DNA from: Patescibacteria group bacterium
GTDB lineage: Bacteria; Patescibacteriota; Minisyncoccia; Phycocordibacterales; PALSA-1337
NCBI GenBank assembly: GCA_018971685.1
Contig: JAGXAG010000006.1
Span: 62 to 64,061 of the forward strand
Length of the DNA: 64,000 nt
Direction: 5' to 3'
The notes under the pieces were generated by a model. That model saw only the letters and a program-made list of their open reading frames with translations, was not told the DNA's origin and made no database searches. How positions within the stretch are numbered: the first letter of the stretch is position 1; every line of letters starts with the position of its first letter. Of this stretch, positions 55,388 to 64,000 are shown in pieces. Both the position numbers and the translations under genes were made by a program.

Positions 55388-56332
55388 ATGAACAAAAAAC
55401 TGCTAATTTTAGCCATTTCAGCCACAATAATCGCTTTGCCGGCACTAGCCGCGGCGCAACCGACGACTGACAACAGCCTCTCTAGCGCGGCTCCGGCCGC
55501 TAAACCGTCTGTCGGCGATTCTTCTTCCAGTGCCGCTCCGACAGCTCCGCCGGCGGGTAATTCTTCTTCCAGCGCGGCACCAGTTACGCCTCCTGCCGGA
55601 AACTCTTCTTCGAGCGCAGCGCCGTCGACTCCTCCTACGGGAGGGTCATCTTCCAGCGCCGCTCCGGCCTCAACTCCTTCACCTGTCCCTCCCACCCCTC
55701 CTTCTTCCGGCGGCGGATCGACTTCAAGCTCAGGCAGTTTTATAGGCGGTGGATTCAGCGCCGTGCCTCTGGCGATCAGAACCGCAACTTCAACCGCAAC
55801 GGCTTCGGCGGATTGTCCGCTTATAACTGCTTACATGAAGCTTGGCTGGAACAATCCGGCCGATCAGGTTGCCAAGTTACAAGCATTTCTGAAAAATTCC
55901 GAGCATCTGAATGTTTCCGTAACCGGCATATTTGACCAGCAAACCGAACAGGCTGTCGAAGCTTTCCAGAGGAAATATCTTGAGACTATCATGGGTCCGT
56001 GGAGCGCCACCAAGCCTTCCGGTACCGTCTACATTACGACCATCAAGAAAATCAACGAAATCGCCTGCAATCAGCCGCTTACGCTCGATCCGAAAGAACT
56101 GTCCACCATCGCGCAATATGTGAAAAATCTGGCTTCCGGTGCGCGAAATGAAACGGCTCAAACTATTGAAGTCGGCGCCGTCAGCAGTTCAACAACGGTT
56201 TCCGGCCCTGTCGTACCGATAGGCCCGGCTCTCATAGGCCAGAATGTAACGGCCAGCTCGTCAAACGCCGCCGCTGTTGGCAATGCCTCTGTCATCCAAA
56301 GATTTTGGAGTTTCATAAAAAGCATCTTTTAG
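55388..56332 (+). CDS. Secreted protein with Ser/Pro-rich tandem repeats and a putative peptidoglycan-binding (PG_binding_1-like) domain
   Basis: Signal peptide, four units of (SSSSAAP-x-PP-x-G), then ITAYMKLGWNNPADQVAKLQAFL...GIFDQQTEQAVEAFQRKY. Confidence 0.55.
   Translation: MNKKLLILAISATIIALPALAAAQPTTDNSLSSAAPAAKPSVGDSSSSAAPTAPPAGNSSSSAAPVTPPAGNSSSSAAPSTPPTGGSSSSAAPASTPSPVPPTPPSSGGGSTSSSGSFIGGGFSAVPLAIRTATSTATASADCPLITAYMKLGWNNPADQVAKLQAFLKNSEHLNVSVTGIFDQQTEQAVEAFQRKYLETIMGPWSATKPSGTVYITTIKKINEIACNQPLTLDPKELSTIAQYVKNLASGARNETAQTIEVGAVSSSTTVSGPVVPIGPALIGQNVTASSSNAAAVGNASVIQRFWSFIKSIF
55500..55690 (+). repeat. Roughly 45-bp tandem DNA repeat (4 units) encoding the Ser/Pro-rich linker
   Basis: Repeated ...TCTTCTTCCAGYGCSGCWCC...CCGCCGGCGGGWAA... 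units. Confidence 0.5.
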
Positions 56333-56411
56333 CGATCAGGAGGGATGTACTATAACGCGTCTGATGTGAAGCGGAGGGACGCCCTATATATAGGGCGTCC
56401 CTCTGTATTTA

Positions 56412-57548
56412 TCACGCCAATTTTTTTGTGCCGTGAGCTGTTATATCACCGCTTGATTCTTCAATGCCGCGCATTGCTCCCGCAAGTGCTATCATAAGGG
56501 CGTTGTCGCCGGATATGTGTTTTGATGGCAGGAATAAAGGAATGTCTAATGAATACGCCAGCCGAGCCAATCGTTCGCGGATCAGGCGGTTCGCGGAGAC
56601 GCCGCCGCCCAGAATGAGTGATTTGGCGGAAGTTTGGTCTATGGCCGCGCGAGTCTTCGACTCGAGGACTTCGGTAACGGCGCGTTCAAACCCGAGGGCC
56701 ATGCCTTTTTTGAAGTCGTCGTCCAGCCGGCCGTCTGCATCCGCCCGGGTTTTTTCCGCCTTTTGGATGGCGTAGAGTACGGCGGTTTTCAAGCCCGAGA
56801 ATGAAAAATCAAGCGAACCGTTTCTAATCATAGGCCTGGGCAGATCTACCGGCGGTTCGATCCCTTCTTCTTCGGCTTTTTGCGCCAGCACGGAAATATG
56901 CGGTCCGCCCGGATAGGGAAGTCCGAGTAGGCGCGCGACTTTGTCGAACGCTTCTCCCGCGGCATCGTCGCGGGTGGCGCCGAGGATTTCATATTTCCAT
57001 AGATTTTTTTTGACATATGTGCCGGCTTCTCCGCGCACGCTTTCGATTTTCACCAACTCGGTGTGTCCGCCGCTTACAAGCAGTGCCACCGACGGCAAAG
57101 GCAACGGTTTCAATTCTTGCCAAGTGCCATAAGGCGCGTCTGATCCCAAAAGTGATCCGACGATGTGGCCTTCCATGTGATTTACGGGAGTGATCGGGAC
57201 TTTCCACTTTTCGGCCAGATCTCGCGCGAACACGATGCCGGTCCACAAAGCAGGCTCCAGGCCCGGGCCTTCCGTAACAGCGATGCGGTCTATGCCCGGC
57301 CTTTTTTCCAGAAAATCATAGCCGTAAAGCGGCTCCATGAGTTTTGTCAAAAGCACCGGCAGATTCTTTTGGTGTTCCCGTTTGGCCAGGTTAGGGTATA
57401 CGCCGCCATACGCGCTGTGCAGTTCGGCTTGCGAATGAACCAGCGAATTTATCACGCGGCATTCGAATTTTCCCGCCGCTTCTCTGGTTTCGATGATGGC
57501 GAGCGCCGTCTCGTCGCAACTTGTTTCTATGCCCAAGATGGTTGTCAT
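56412..57548 (-). CDS. tsaD: tRNA N6-adenosine threonylcarbamoyltransferase TsaD
   Basis: MTTILGIETSCDETALAI N-terminus, Kae1/TsaD metal-binding His pair and GGVSANRLIRERL. Confidence 0.9.
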   Translation of the reverse strand: MTTILGIETSCDETALAIIETREAAGKFECRVINSLVHSQAELHSAYGGVYPNLAKREHQKNLPVLLTKLMEPLYGYDFLEKRPGIDRIAVTEGPGLEPALWTGIVFARDLAEKWKVPITPVNHMEGHIVGSLLGSDAPYGTWQELKPLPLPSVALLVSGGHTELVKIESVRGEAGTYVKKNLWKYEILGATRDDAAGEAFDKVARLLGLPYPGGPHISVLAQKAEEEGIEPPVDLPRPMIRNGSLDFSFSGLKTAVLYAIQKAEKTRADADGRLDDDFKKGMALGFERAVTEVLESKTRAAIDQTSAKSLILGGGVSANRLIRERLARLAYSLDIPLFLPSKHISGDNALMIALAGAMRGIEESSGDITAHGTKKLA

Positions 57549-57553
57549 TCGGT

Positions 57554-57626
57554 GCGCGCTGTAGGACTTGAACCTACGACCCTTCCCACGTCAAGGGAAT
57601 GCTCTACCAACTGAGCTAAGCGCGCC
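57554..57626 (-). tRNA. tRNA-Val (GAC)
   Basis: Acceptor GCGCGCT/AGCGCGC, anticodon loop TTGACGT. Confidence 0.75.
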
Positions 57627-57637
57627 GGTCACGAAAA

Positions 57638-58693
57638 TCAATTTACCACATCAGATAAGATAATGCCACGGCCGGGATCGTCTTTTACCCTCAAAGTATC
57701 TACATGGTCAAGCGTCGGCTTGCCGTTACCCGGCGATATGTACAATTCAACCAGCAACCCCTCCATGGTCTTGGCAGAGAAGTATTGATCGAACAGGAGA
57801 TTGCCAAGCGAATAATAAACCGGCACTTCGCCAAGCCACTCATTGTCTCCGATTACATGCGAATGTGCGCCGACGATAGCGCCGGCGCCGGCCGCGGCCA
57901 ATTCCCGGGCCTGCTTGCGCATAGTATCTGTCGGATGCGGCGAATATTCCACGCCCCAGTGCGGCATGACCACGACAAAATCGCCCTTGGCCTTTAATTC
58001 TTGGACGCGCGAGACGATCCGTTCGAAGCCTGATTGGAAAGCGTGATAACCGACCAAAGCGACGCAAACGCCCTTTTTGCATATGACCGCTTCGCTGGAA
58101 GTGGCGTTCCATGGCGTGCCGAACCACTCCACGCCCGCCGCCGAGAGGTATTTTCGTGTCTGCTCGATGCCGCTTGCGCCGAAGTTGTCGCTGTGGTTAT
58201 TGGCCATGCTGACGGCATCCAAGCCGGCCCGCGCCAGCGCACCGGCGGTTTCCGGCGCAAATGTGAAGGCGAAAGAATCGGTCGTTGCGCCACGGTCGTT
58301 CAATGTTTTCGACGGTTCCGCCGTTATGGGCCCTTCGAGGTTTGCCACGGCGATGTCGGCGGCCCTGAATGTGGGAGCGACCTCGGCAAACAGGGTATCA
58401 TAGCCTTTGATCTCGCCGAGCCGCCTTATAGCCCTGTCCATCATGATATCGCCGCCGATGATAACGGTGATTGTCTTGTCAGGAGAATTGTTACTTGCGG
58501 CAGTGCCGCCGGCGTAATCGGTTTTGCCGGGAGAAAATGCCGGCAGAATTGCCGCGGCTGTTTGCAAAAGATTTTTGCCGCCGTTCGCCGTCCTCGCCAG
58601 TTCTCCCACGCCCCGCGATATCGCCAACGCGCCGCCCCAGCCGACGGCAAGAGCCATAAGCGTTGCGAACATTACGCCAAAGCGATTTTTCAT
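57638..58693 (-). CDS. CapA/PgsA-family metallophosphatase-like protein
   Basis: Signal peptide, VIIGGDIMMDR, VANLEGP, MANNHSDNFG motifs. Confidence 0.7.
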   Translation of the reverse strand: MKNRFGVMFATLMALAVGWGGALAISRGVGELARTANGGKNLLQTAAAILPAFSPGKTDYAGGTAASNNSPDKTITVIIGGDIMMDRAIRRLGEIKGYDTLFAEVAPTFRAADIAVANLEGPITAEPSKTLNDRGATTDSFAFTFAPETAGALARAGLDAVSMANNHSDNFGASGIEQTRKYLSAAGVEWFGTPWNATSSEAVICKKGVCVALVGYHAFQSGFERIVSRVQELKAKGDFVVVMPHWGVEYSPHPTDTMRKQARELAAAGAGAIVGAHSHVIGDNEWLGEVPVYYSLGNLLFDQYFSAKTMEGLLVELYISPGNGKPTLDHVDTLRVKDDPGRGIILSDVVN

Positions 58694-58744
58694 GCAAGTT
58701 CATTATATATCGCACGGCCTTTTATTAAAATAGACTCTGCCGAT

Positions 58745-59467
58745 TCACGGCCGGCCATGTTTCTGCGCCAGGAAATACGCGCTCGGGCCGAACCATATGC
58801 CGGCAAACGGCGCTTGGACCAGCTTCTCCAAAAAGAGCAGGAATGAAATCGGCATAACCCTTTTCAAGAATAACCATCGGAAATTGGACACGCTCTTTTT
58901 TGCCAGGATATTAAATCCCACAGTGGTCAGCATGAGCGATATTTCATCCGGAATATGATTGATGAAGGCATTGTCAGGAACTATGGCAGTATCTATCGGC
59001 CTTTTGCGCCCGAACAGTTCGCGGAATTTGTTCTTGAAATGTTTCTTATTCGGTATCTCCAATATGAGATAGCAACCGGGCTTCAACACCCGATATATCT
59101 CTTTTATGGCTCGATCCGGCTCTTCGATGTAATGGAATACTCGCACGCACACGACCGTATCGAAATTTTTGTCCGGAAACGGCATGTCTTCCGCGATCCC
59201 GATCTCAAAATCCGCATCAGTCCCGCCATTCAATGTTTTCTTTGCGTGCCCCAATTGTTCTTTTGACGGATCGACGACTGTTATCTTGTCGGCGCGAGAC
59301 ATATACAATCCGATCATTCTACCGGTCCCTCCGCCTATGTCGGCCACTGCGCCGAGCTGGCCGGGAATCCGCGACAAAAGATCAGACACGGCTATTTTAT
59401 CCGCCATATTTTCGTATTCACGCCCATTCCAGAACGCAGCGTAATCATATCCGTCGTATGAGACCAT
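58745..59467 (-). CDS. Class I SAM-dependent methyltransferase
   Basis: Motif I VADIGGGTGRM, Methyltransf_11-like spacing. Confidence 0.65.
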   Translation of the reverse strand: MVSYDGYDYAAFWNGREYENMADKIAVSDLLSRIPGQLGAVADIGGGTGRMIGLYMSRADKITVVDPSKEQLGHAKKTLNGGTDADFEIGIAEDMPFPDKNFDTVVCVRVFHYIEEPDRAIKEIYRVLKPGCYLILEIPNKKHFKNKFRELFGRKRPIDTAIVPDNAFINHIPDEISLMLTTVGFNILAKKSVSNFRWLFLKRVMPISFLLFLEKLVQAPFAGIWFGPSAYFLAQKHGRP

Positions 59468-59478
59468 CGAAATTATAG

Positions 59479-60054
59479 TTATGCTGACTTTTTATCTCGC
59501 CTGTATTTGAAAGCCAGGAAAAACATGGCCAGAAATATCGGCTCGCCCAAAGCGACCGGCAAAACCGCTCCGGGGTTTAAATTTTGTTTCGGCGCCACAT
59601 GAAAATATGTAATGGCGCTGCCTATGGGCTTGTCGTAATCTTTGACGACGGCCAGGATTGACAATGCGTAATCTCCCGAAGTCACGAAATGAATTTTCCA
59701 ATCAAGAGGCAGGGTGGCCGCGCCGCCGATGGTTCCGACGAACAGCCCTTTTTCAACGCTCCAATCCTCCAAATCAACAGGCATATGAGTTTTTGTGTCC
59801 ACCAGGGACAAATACGCGGTCACATCGGTTATCGGCTTGGATGCGGCGTTCTTTATGTCACCGTGCACTTCAACAAAATCGCCGGCCGTTCCGCTAAGTG
59901 TTCTTGAAGAAGAGATTTCCAAAATAATCGGCGGCATGGCGGGATCGCCGGCCGCGGTTTGGGCGGAGGAAATATTCGGCGCAAAAACGGCGAAACTTAT
60001 TACCGCGGCCGAGATTGTGAAAAAATATTTTGTTTTCAGTAATTTATCTTTCAT
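59479..60054 (-). CDS. Secreted/membrane-anchored hypothetical protein
   Basis: Signal peptide plus a C-terminal TM, immediately downstream of the ABC-2 permease. Confidence 0.45.
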   Translation of the reverse strand: MKDKLLKTKYFFTISAAVISFAVFAPNISSAQTAAGDPAMPPIILEISSSRTLSGTAGDFVEVHGDIKNAASKPITDVTAYLSLVDTKTHMPVDLEDWSVEKGLFVGTIGGAATLPLDWKIHFVTSGDYALSILAVVKDYDKPIGSAITYFHVAPKQNLNPGAVLPVALGEPIFLAMFFLAFKYRRDKKSA

Positions 60055-60058
60055 TTTT

Positions 60059-60826
60059 TTATTCTTTTATCACCCCGCGCTTTTCAAATATCCTGACCGA
60101 CACGAATAAAAAAACGCCGGCTGCGGCCGAAAAACCGAGAATGGACAGCAAATACGGCCAGTTAGCGGACAACGAGGCGTGATAATCAACCAAGACATTA
60201 TCCAGAGAGGCAAAAGCGGCATCAAGCGGATTTATGGCCGTTATGACGCTCGCGACAATGCCGGTTTTAAGGGTGGCCGCGAACAAAGCCGGAATGCCCG
60301 CCGCCAAAAAAAGAACAAGCGAGGTGGTCAGAGTATTCTTGAAAGAGCGGTATAAAAATGACAATCCGAAAACCAAAACCGTGAATCCGGCGATAAGCAA
60401 AGTCCCGTAAAGCGCCGCGTAAGCCAGAAACACCGCCGACAGGTTGCTTCCGGCGGAGGAAACGAGCACATACGGCACGGCCACGGCATACATAAGAGCC
60501 CAAACGGACATAACGGTTAAAAATTTCCCCAGGATAAAATCGCGGACCGGCAAAGGCGACAAAAACAAGTCTTCAATCGTTTCTTGTTCAAATTCCGTCG
60601 TGATAAGCGACGAAGCGTCTATGATCGCCACGAGAAGGGACGCGCCGATGATTATTTTTCCTAAGAGCCAGAGCATTTCGGTCTGATCAAGCAAGCTCAA
60701 TTCTTTGTTCGTCAAAAGCAAATAGCAAGTGACACTGTAAATAAGAGCTGTCAAAAGGAGCCACAGGGCGCTTTTCCAGGTGTAGATTTCGGCGAGAATG
60801 TCTTTTTTCCAAATGAGTTTGTGCAT
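60059..60826 (-). CDS. ABC-2 type transporter permease
   Basis: Six TM helices, overlapping/adjacent to the ATPase gene. Confidence 0.6.
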   Translation of the reverse strand: MHKLIWKKDILAEIYTWKSALWLLLTALIYSVTCYLLLTNKELSLLDQTEMLWLLGKIIIGASLLVAIIDASSLITTEFEQETIEDLFLSPLPVRDFILGKFLTVMSVWALMYAVAVPYVLVSSAGSNLSAVFLAYAALYGTLLIAGFTVLVFGLSFLYRSFKNTLTTSLVLFLAAGIPALFAATLKTGIVASVITAINPLDAAFASLDNVLVDYHASLSANWPYLLSILGFSAAAGVFLFVSVRIFEKRGVIKE

Positions 60827-60831
60827 AATGA

Positions 60832-61551
60832 TTATTTGGTTAAGGCGAGGAAAATATCACGCAGGTCTTCTTTTTTTGTTTGTCGTCTCAAATCTTCAAG
60901 CGTGCCGTCGGCAACGAGCGCGCCGTCCGCGATGACGGCCATTCTATTGCACAAGCGGGAAACTTCGTGCAGAAGGTGGGATGAATAAAAAATGGTCATG
61001 CCTTTGTCATTCATCTTTTTCAACAGCCGCTGGATATCTTCCTGGCCCTGCGGATCCAGGCCCAGTGTCGGCTCGTCCAAAAAAAGGATTTCGGGATCAT
61101 TGGCGATGGCCCGGGCAAGCTTCAATCTCTGTTTCATTCCCCTGGAATATGACAAGACCGGCGAATCGGCGCGATCAGCCAATCCGACCGCCGCGAGCAA
61201 TTCATCAATCCTGCCATTCAAATTTTTTACGCCGTAAAGCGAAACAAAAAAACGGAGAAACTCCCGGCCGGTCATCCATTCGTAAAGCCCCTTGCTTTCG
61301 GAAAGGACGCCGATTTTATCCGAGCGGTGCGATTTTTCCGAAACCGGTTTTCCGGATATTTCAATCTCGCCCGTATCCGGTTTCAAAATTCCGGTCATAA
61401 GGCGGATGGTCGTCGTCTTGCCGGCGCCGTTCGGCCCCAAAAATCCGAAAAATTCGCCTTTGGCAACCGACAAGTTCAAATCACGGACAGCCTGCCTGCC
61501 GCCGTATGACTTATTCACTCCGTTCATCTTGATAATCTCGTTTGATTGCAT
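60832..61551 (-). CDS. ABC transporter ATP-binding protein
   Basis: Walker A GPNGAGKTT, signature SRGMKQRLKLARA, Walker B ILFLDEPTLGLD. Confidence 0.85.
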   Translation of the reverse strand: MQSNEIIKMNGVNKSYGGRQAVRDLNLSVAKGEFFGFLGPNGAGKTTTIRLMTGILKPDTGEIEISGKPVSEKSHRSDKIGVLSESKGLYEWMTGREFLRFFVSLYGVKNLNGRIDELLAAVGLADRADSPVLSYSRGMKQRLKLARAIANDPEILFLDEPTLGLDPQGQEDIQRLLKKMNDKGMTIFYSSHLLHEVSRLCNRMAVIADGALVADGTLEDLRRQTKKEDLRDIFLALTK

Positions 61552-61569
61552 GTTATTTCCGGAAAAAAA

Positions 61570-61755
61570 CTAGCGCGGCCTGTTCGGCTCGGTCCAGAAT
61601 AAATTGATAAGCAGGCTTGAAACGCCGATTACAACCAGAAACCAGCCGGTGAAAAAATTGACGGTGATTTGCGAATCCGGCACATCGTAAATAAATTCCA
61701 GATACCATCCGAAACAGAGGACGGCGATCGATATGGCGTAAAAAATGTATCTCAT
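61570..61755 (-). CDS. Small membrane protein (61 aa) at the head of the ABC operon
   Basis: Two hydrophobic helices (ISIAVLCFGWYL, FLVVIGVSSLLINLF). The alternative-frame ORF 61553-61789 is less hydrophobic. Confidence 0.35.
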   Translation of the reverse strand: MRYIFYAISIAVLCFGWYLEFIYDVPDSQITVNFFTGWFLVVIGVSSLLINLFWTEPNRPR

Positions 61756-61776
61756 AATGATTTGATATGATTCGCG

Positions 61777-62448
61777 TTACTGATCCCAATGAAAACTGCC
61801 GACGACGGCGTCGAAGACTTTCGCCGCCCGCTGCCAGTCTGTTTCGGACGCGGACAAGTCTATGAGCGCGGCGTGGTCTTGCCCGGTCACATACACCCGT
61901 TCGTGTTCCAGGCTCTGCCCGCCGGCGGATGTTTTGTAAATTTTATAGACAAGCTTGTAAGAGAGGTTGCCGTTCACTTTGGCCGAACCGTAACTCACGC
62001 GCGCATATCCGGGAAGTTTTTTCAGGGCCGGCTCTTCCTGGCTCAATATGAACAGTTCCGGCGTGCTGTTGTCCGGAATATCTATTAGCCCAATGGTTCC
62101 CGATCCGCCGGAATAGGAAACAGCGTATTTCCCCGGAGCGATTGAGCCGGCATGCCAATCGGCCGGAATGGAAATGCGGTAATGATTCTGGGCCATATCC
62201 CGGTTGCGGAATTCTTGGACCAGCGCCGCATTTCCAAACGGGCTCGAAGTCGCCGCGGCCGCCGAAGTTGATGCTGACGCCGTAGAGACCGTCCCGCCGG
62301 CCGCGCCACTTGTGATAATCGGTTTTGCCGAAGCCGGATTGATGGATAATGCCGTCCGCAAGCCGGCAAGCGGACCGAATGAGTAGAGATAAACGGCCGC
62401 CAGGGCGACGATGGTCAGTCCGAAAATGGCTATTATCTTTTTATTCAT
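61777..62448 (-). CDS. Secreted hypothetical protein (lipoprotein-like)
   Basis: Signal peptide, no motifs. Confidence 0.45.
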   Translation of the reverse strand: MNKKIIAIFGLTIVALAAVYLYSFGPLAGLRTALSINPASAKPIITSGAAGGTVSTASASTSAAAATSSPFGNAALVQEFRNRDMAQNHYRISIPADWHAGSIAPGKYAVSYSGGSGTIGLIDIPDNSTPELFILSQEEPALKKLPGYARVSYGSAKVNGNLSYKLVYKIYKTSAGGQSLEHERVYVTGQDHAALIDLSASETDWQRAAKVFDAVVGSFHWDQ

Positions 62449-62602
62449 AGCCGTATGATAAATCGGCTATTGTAAAGATTTTGTAAACAGCATCGCGCGA
62501 ATAATTTATCATCAGTATAAAAAACCGCGAAAAACGGCCGGCGATTATGGCCGGCCGTTTTTCAATCATAGATAATATATTTAGCTTATAATGATTCAGT
62601 CT

Positions 62603-63049
62603 TTATTCCGCGCCGTTGAACTGATGGTCAGAGTTGCCGGTTGTCGTCGCGGTTTCATCCTGATGTCCGCCCGGACCATCTTTTTCCGCGCCGGTTTTTT
62701 CGGTATCCGCTCCGGCGCCGTCGGGAACTTCTTTGCCGTTTTCCGCCGAAACCGATCCGCCGGCCGGAGCGGTAACCGTTCCGCCGGATATATTATCGGG
62801 CTTATCGGCGGCATCGTTTTGAACCCCGCTTGAAACATCCTGTTTGATGACAGCCGGATTGGCCGTGCCGGATTGGCCGGCGGCGCTCGCTTGCAGAGCG
62901 ATTGAACCGGCGGCGCCGAATAAAACGGCGACGGCAAGAGCTCCGGACGCGATAATGGTATTTTTATTCCATTTCATATTTTTTTTCAAATTAAAATAAT
63001 AATTAAGACTGCCCGACCGGCATTTCAGGAAGACGCGACCGGCGAACAC
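62603..63049 (-). CDS. Secreted low-complexity hypothetical protein
   Basis: Signal peptide followed by an Ala/Gly/Ser/Thr-rich sequence. Confidence 0.4.
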   Translation of the reverse strand: MFAGRVFLKCRSGSLNYYFNLKKNMKWNKNTIIASGALAVAVLFGAAGSIALQASAAGQSGTANPAVIKQDVSSGVQNDAADKPDNISGGTVTAPAGGSVSAENGKEVPDGAGADTEKTGAEKDGPGGHQDETATTTGNSDHQFNGAE

Positions 63050-63123
63050 CGCGCGCCGACACCCGAAACGCCCCGTCTCGCCTTAAATATAAAATATGGC
63101 GGGTAAAAAGCCTGTAAAGGATT

Positions 63124-64000
63124 TCAGTTTGAACTTAGCGGGATCTTGATCGCCACCGTCGTGCCGGCGCCAGGCTCGGAATTTACGGATGCCGTGCCGC
63201 CGTGTTCAACGGCGATTTGTCTGACAATGGAAAGGCCGAGGCCGGCGCCGCGAGAGCCGGCGCTCTTGTAAAATCTGTCGAAAACATACGGCAAGTCTTT
63301 TTCGGCGATGCCGGAACCGGTGTCGGCAATCGATATTTTCACCGCGCGCCCGTCTTTTTCGGCTTTCAATGTTATCATCCCGCCGGCCGCCGTATGATCC
63401 AAAGAATTCTGGATGAGATTGAAAATAACTCTTTCAATCTCAGCTTCACGGCAAAGAATCGGCGCCGGAAAATCTCCGGCTTTGATTTCCAAGCCAAAAT
63501 TGATATCCCGGCTTTCCGCCAGCCCTTTCATTTTTTCACCGGCCTTTCGGACAATCGCCGCGGCGTCGATTTTTGCCTTGGTCTCTTTTTCGATCGCGCC
63601 GGAACGGGCCACGGCGAGCAAACTGCCGGCAAGATCCGACAGCCGGTCTATTTCTTCAATGTTGCTCTCAAGCGTCCGGCGAACGCTTTCTTTGTCGGTA
63701 ACCGGCCGGCGCAGCAATATCTCCGCGTCGCTCCGCATCACCGCGAGCGGCGTCCGCAATTCATGAGAAGCGTTTTCGGCGAAAGATTTCTGGTCGTCAA
63801 GAACTTTCCGTATCGGCTTCAGGGTGTAGCCGGCCAATATGTAGCTCAGAAATCCGGAGACGATGAATATGACCGAATCCAGAGCGATGATATCGTTTTT
63901 TATGAATGACAGAGTATGATCGGTAAATTCGGTTTGCGACTGCTCGTCGGTAAAATTTCCGTCAGTCGTGTCTTTGATATCGGACTGGATGGATAAATAC
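63124..64000 (-). CDS. Sensor histidine kinase, 5'-partial (the N-terminus lies beyond the window end)
   Basis: H-box ASHELRTPLAVM, HATPase N/G boxes (NLIQNSLDHT, DTGSGIAEKD, GAGLGLSIV). The frame stays open through 64000, and the track start is an internal TTG. Confidence 0.75.
   Translation of the reverse strand, partial: YLSIQSDIKDTTDGNFTDEQSQTEFTDHTLSFIKNDIIALDSVIFIVSGFLSYILAGYTLKPIRKVLDDQKSFAENASHELRTPLAVMRSDAEILLRRPVTDKESVRRTLESNIEEIDRLSDLAGSLLAVARSGAIEKETKAKIDAAAIVRKAGEKMKGLAESRDINFGLEIKAGDFPAPILCREAEIERVIFNLIQNSLDHTAAGGMITLKAEKDGRAVKISIADTGSGIAEKDLPYVFDRFYKSAGSRGAGLGLSIVRQIAVEHGGTASVNSEPGAGTTVAIKIPLSSN

Overview
This 64 kb window reads like a small-genome, CPR/Patescibacteria-like bacterium with the standard genetic code; that placement is an inference from gene content. 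The code call rests on a release factor with the RF2 (SPF) motif and on TGA/TAG/TAA all being used as stops.

The core gene set is: an ABC exporter, an AAA+ ATPase, ligA, gatC-gatA, prfB, ftsE-ftsX, pyrG, a class II RNR (nrdJ), rnpB, an O-antigen-ligase/TPR protein, murJ, lepA, tsaD, Hsp20, and an ABC-2 transporter operon. There are 11 tRNA genes.

Two accessory features stand out:
- A type IV pilus locus (pilT, pilC, a major pilin, a PAP2-like membrane protein, two further pilins, pilD, four minor pilins) sits directly after a CheY-type response regulator and two membrane histidine kinases.
- A roughly 6.8 kb island lies between tRNA-Gln and tRNA-Ser. It holds a serine-recombinase remnant, five small hypothetical ORFs, four of them sharing a conserved structured leader module, and a GH125/NUDIX/DUF4238 cargo.

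The most unusual signal is several families of short palindromic, MITE/RPE-like repeat elements inserted in frame into essential genes (two in ligA, one each in pyrG and lepA, possibly one in prfB). A reverse-orientation copy also sits in the gatC-gatA spacer. Other observations are a truncated C5-cytosine methyltransferase next to an integrase-core fragment, four TGnTATAAT extended -10 promoters, and an HTH-protein ORF that reads into a tRNA gene.

All calls come from reading the sequence and motif knowledge only. No database searches were run.
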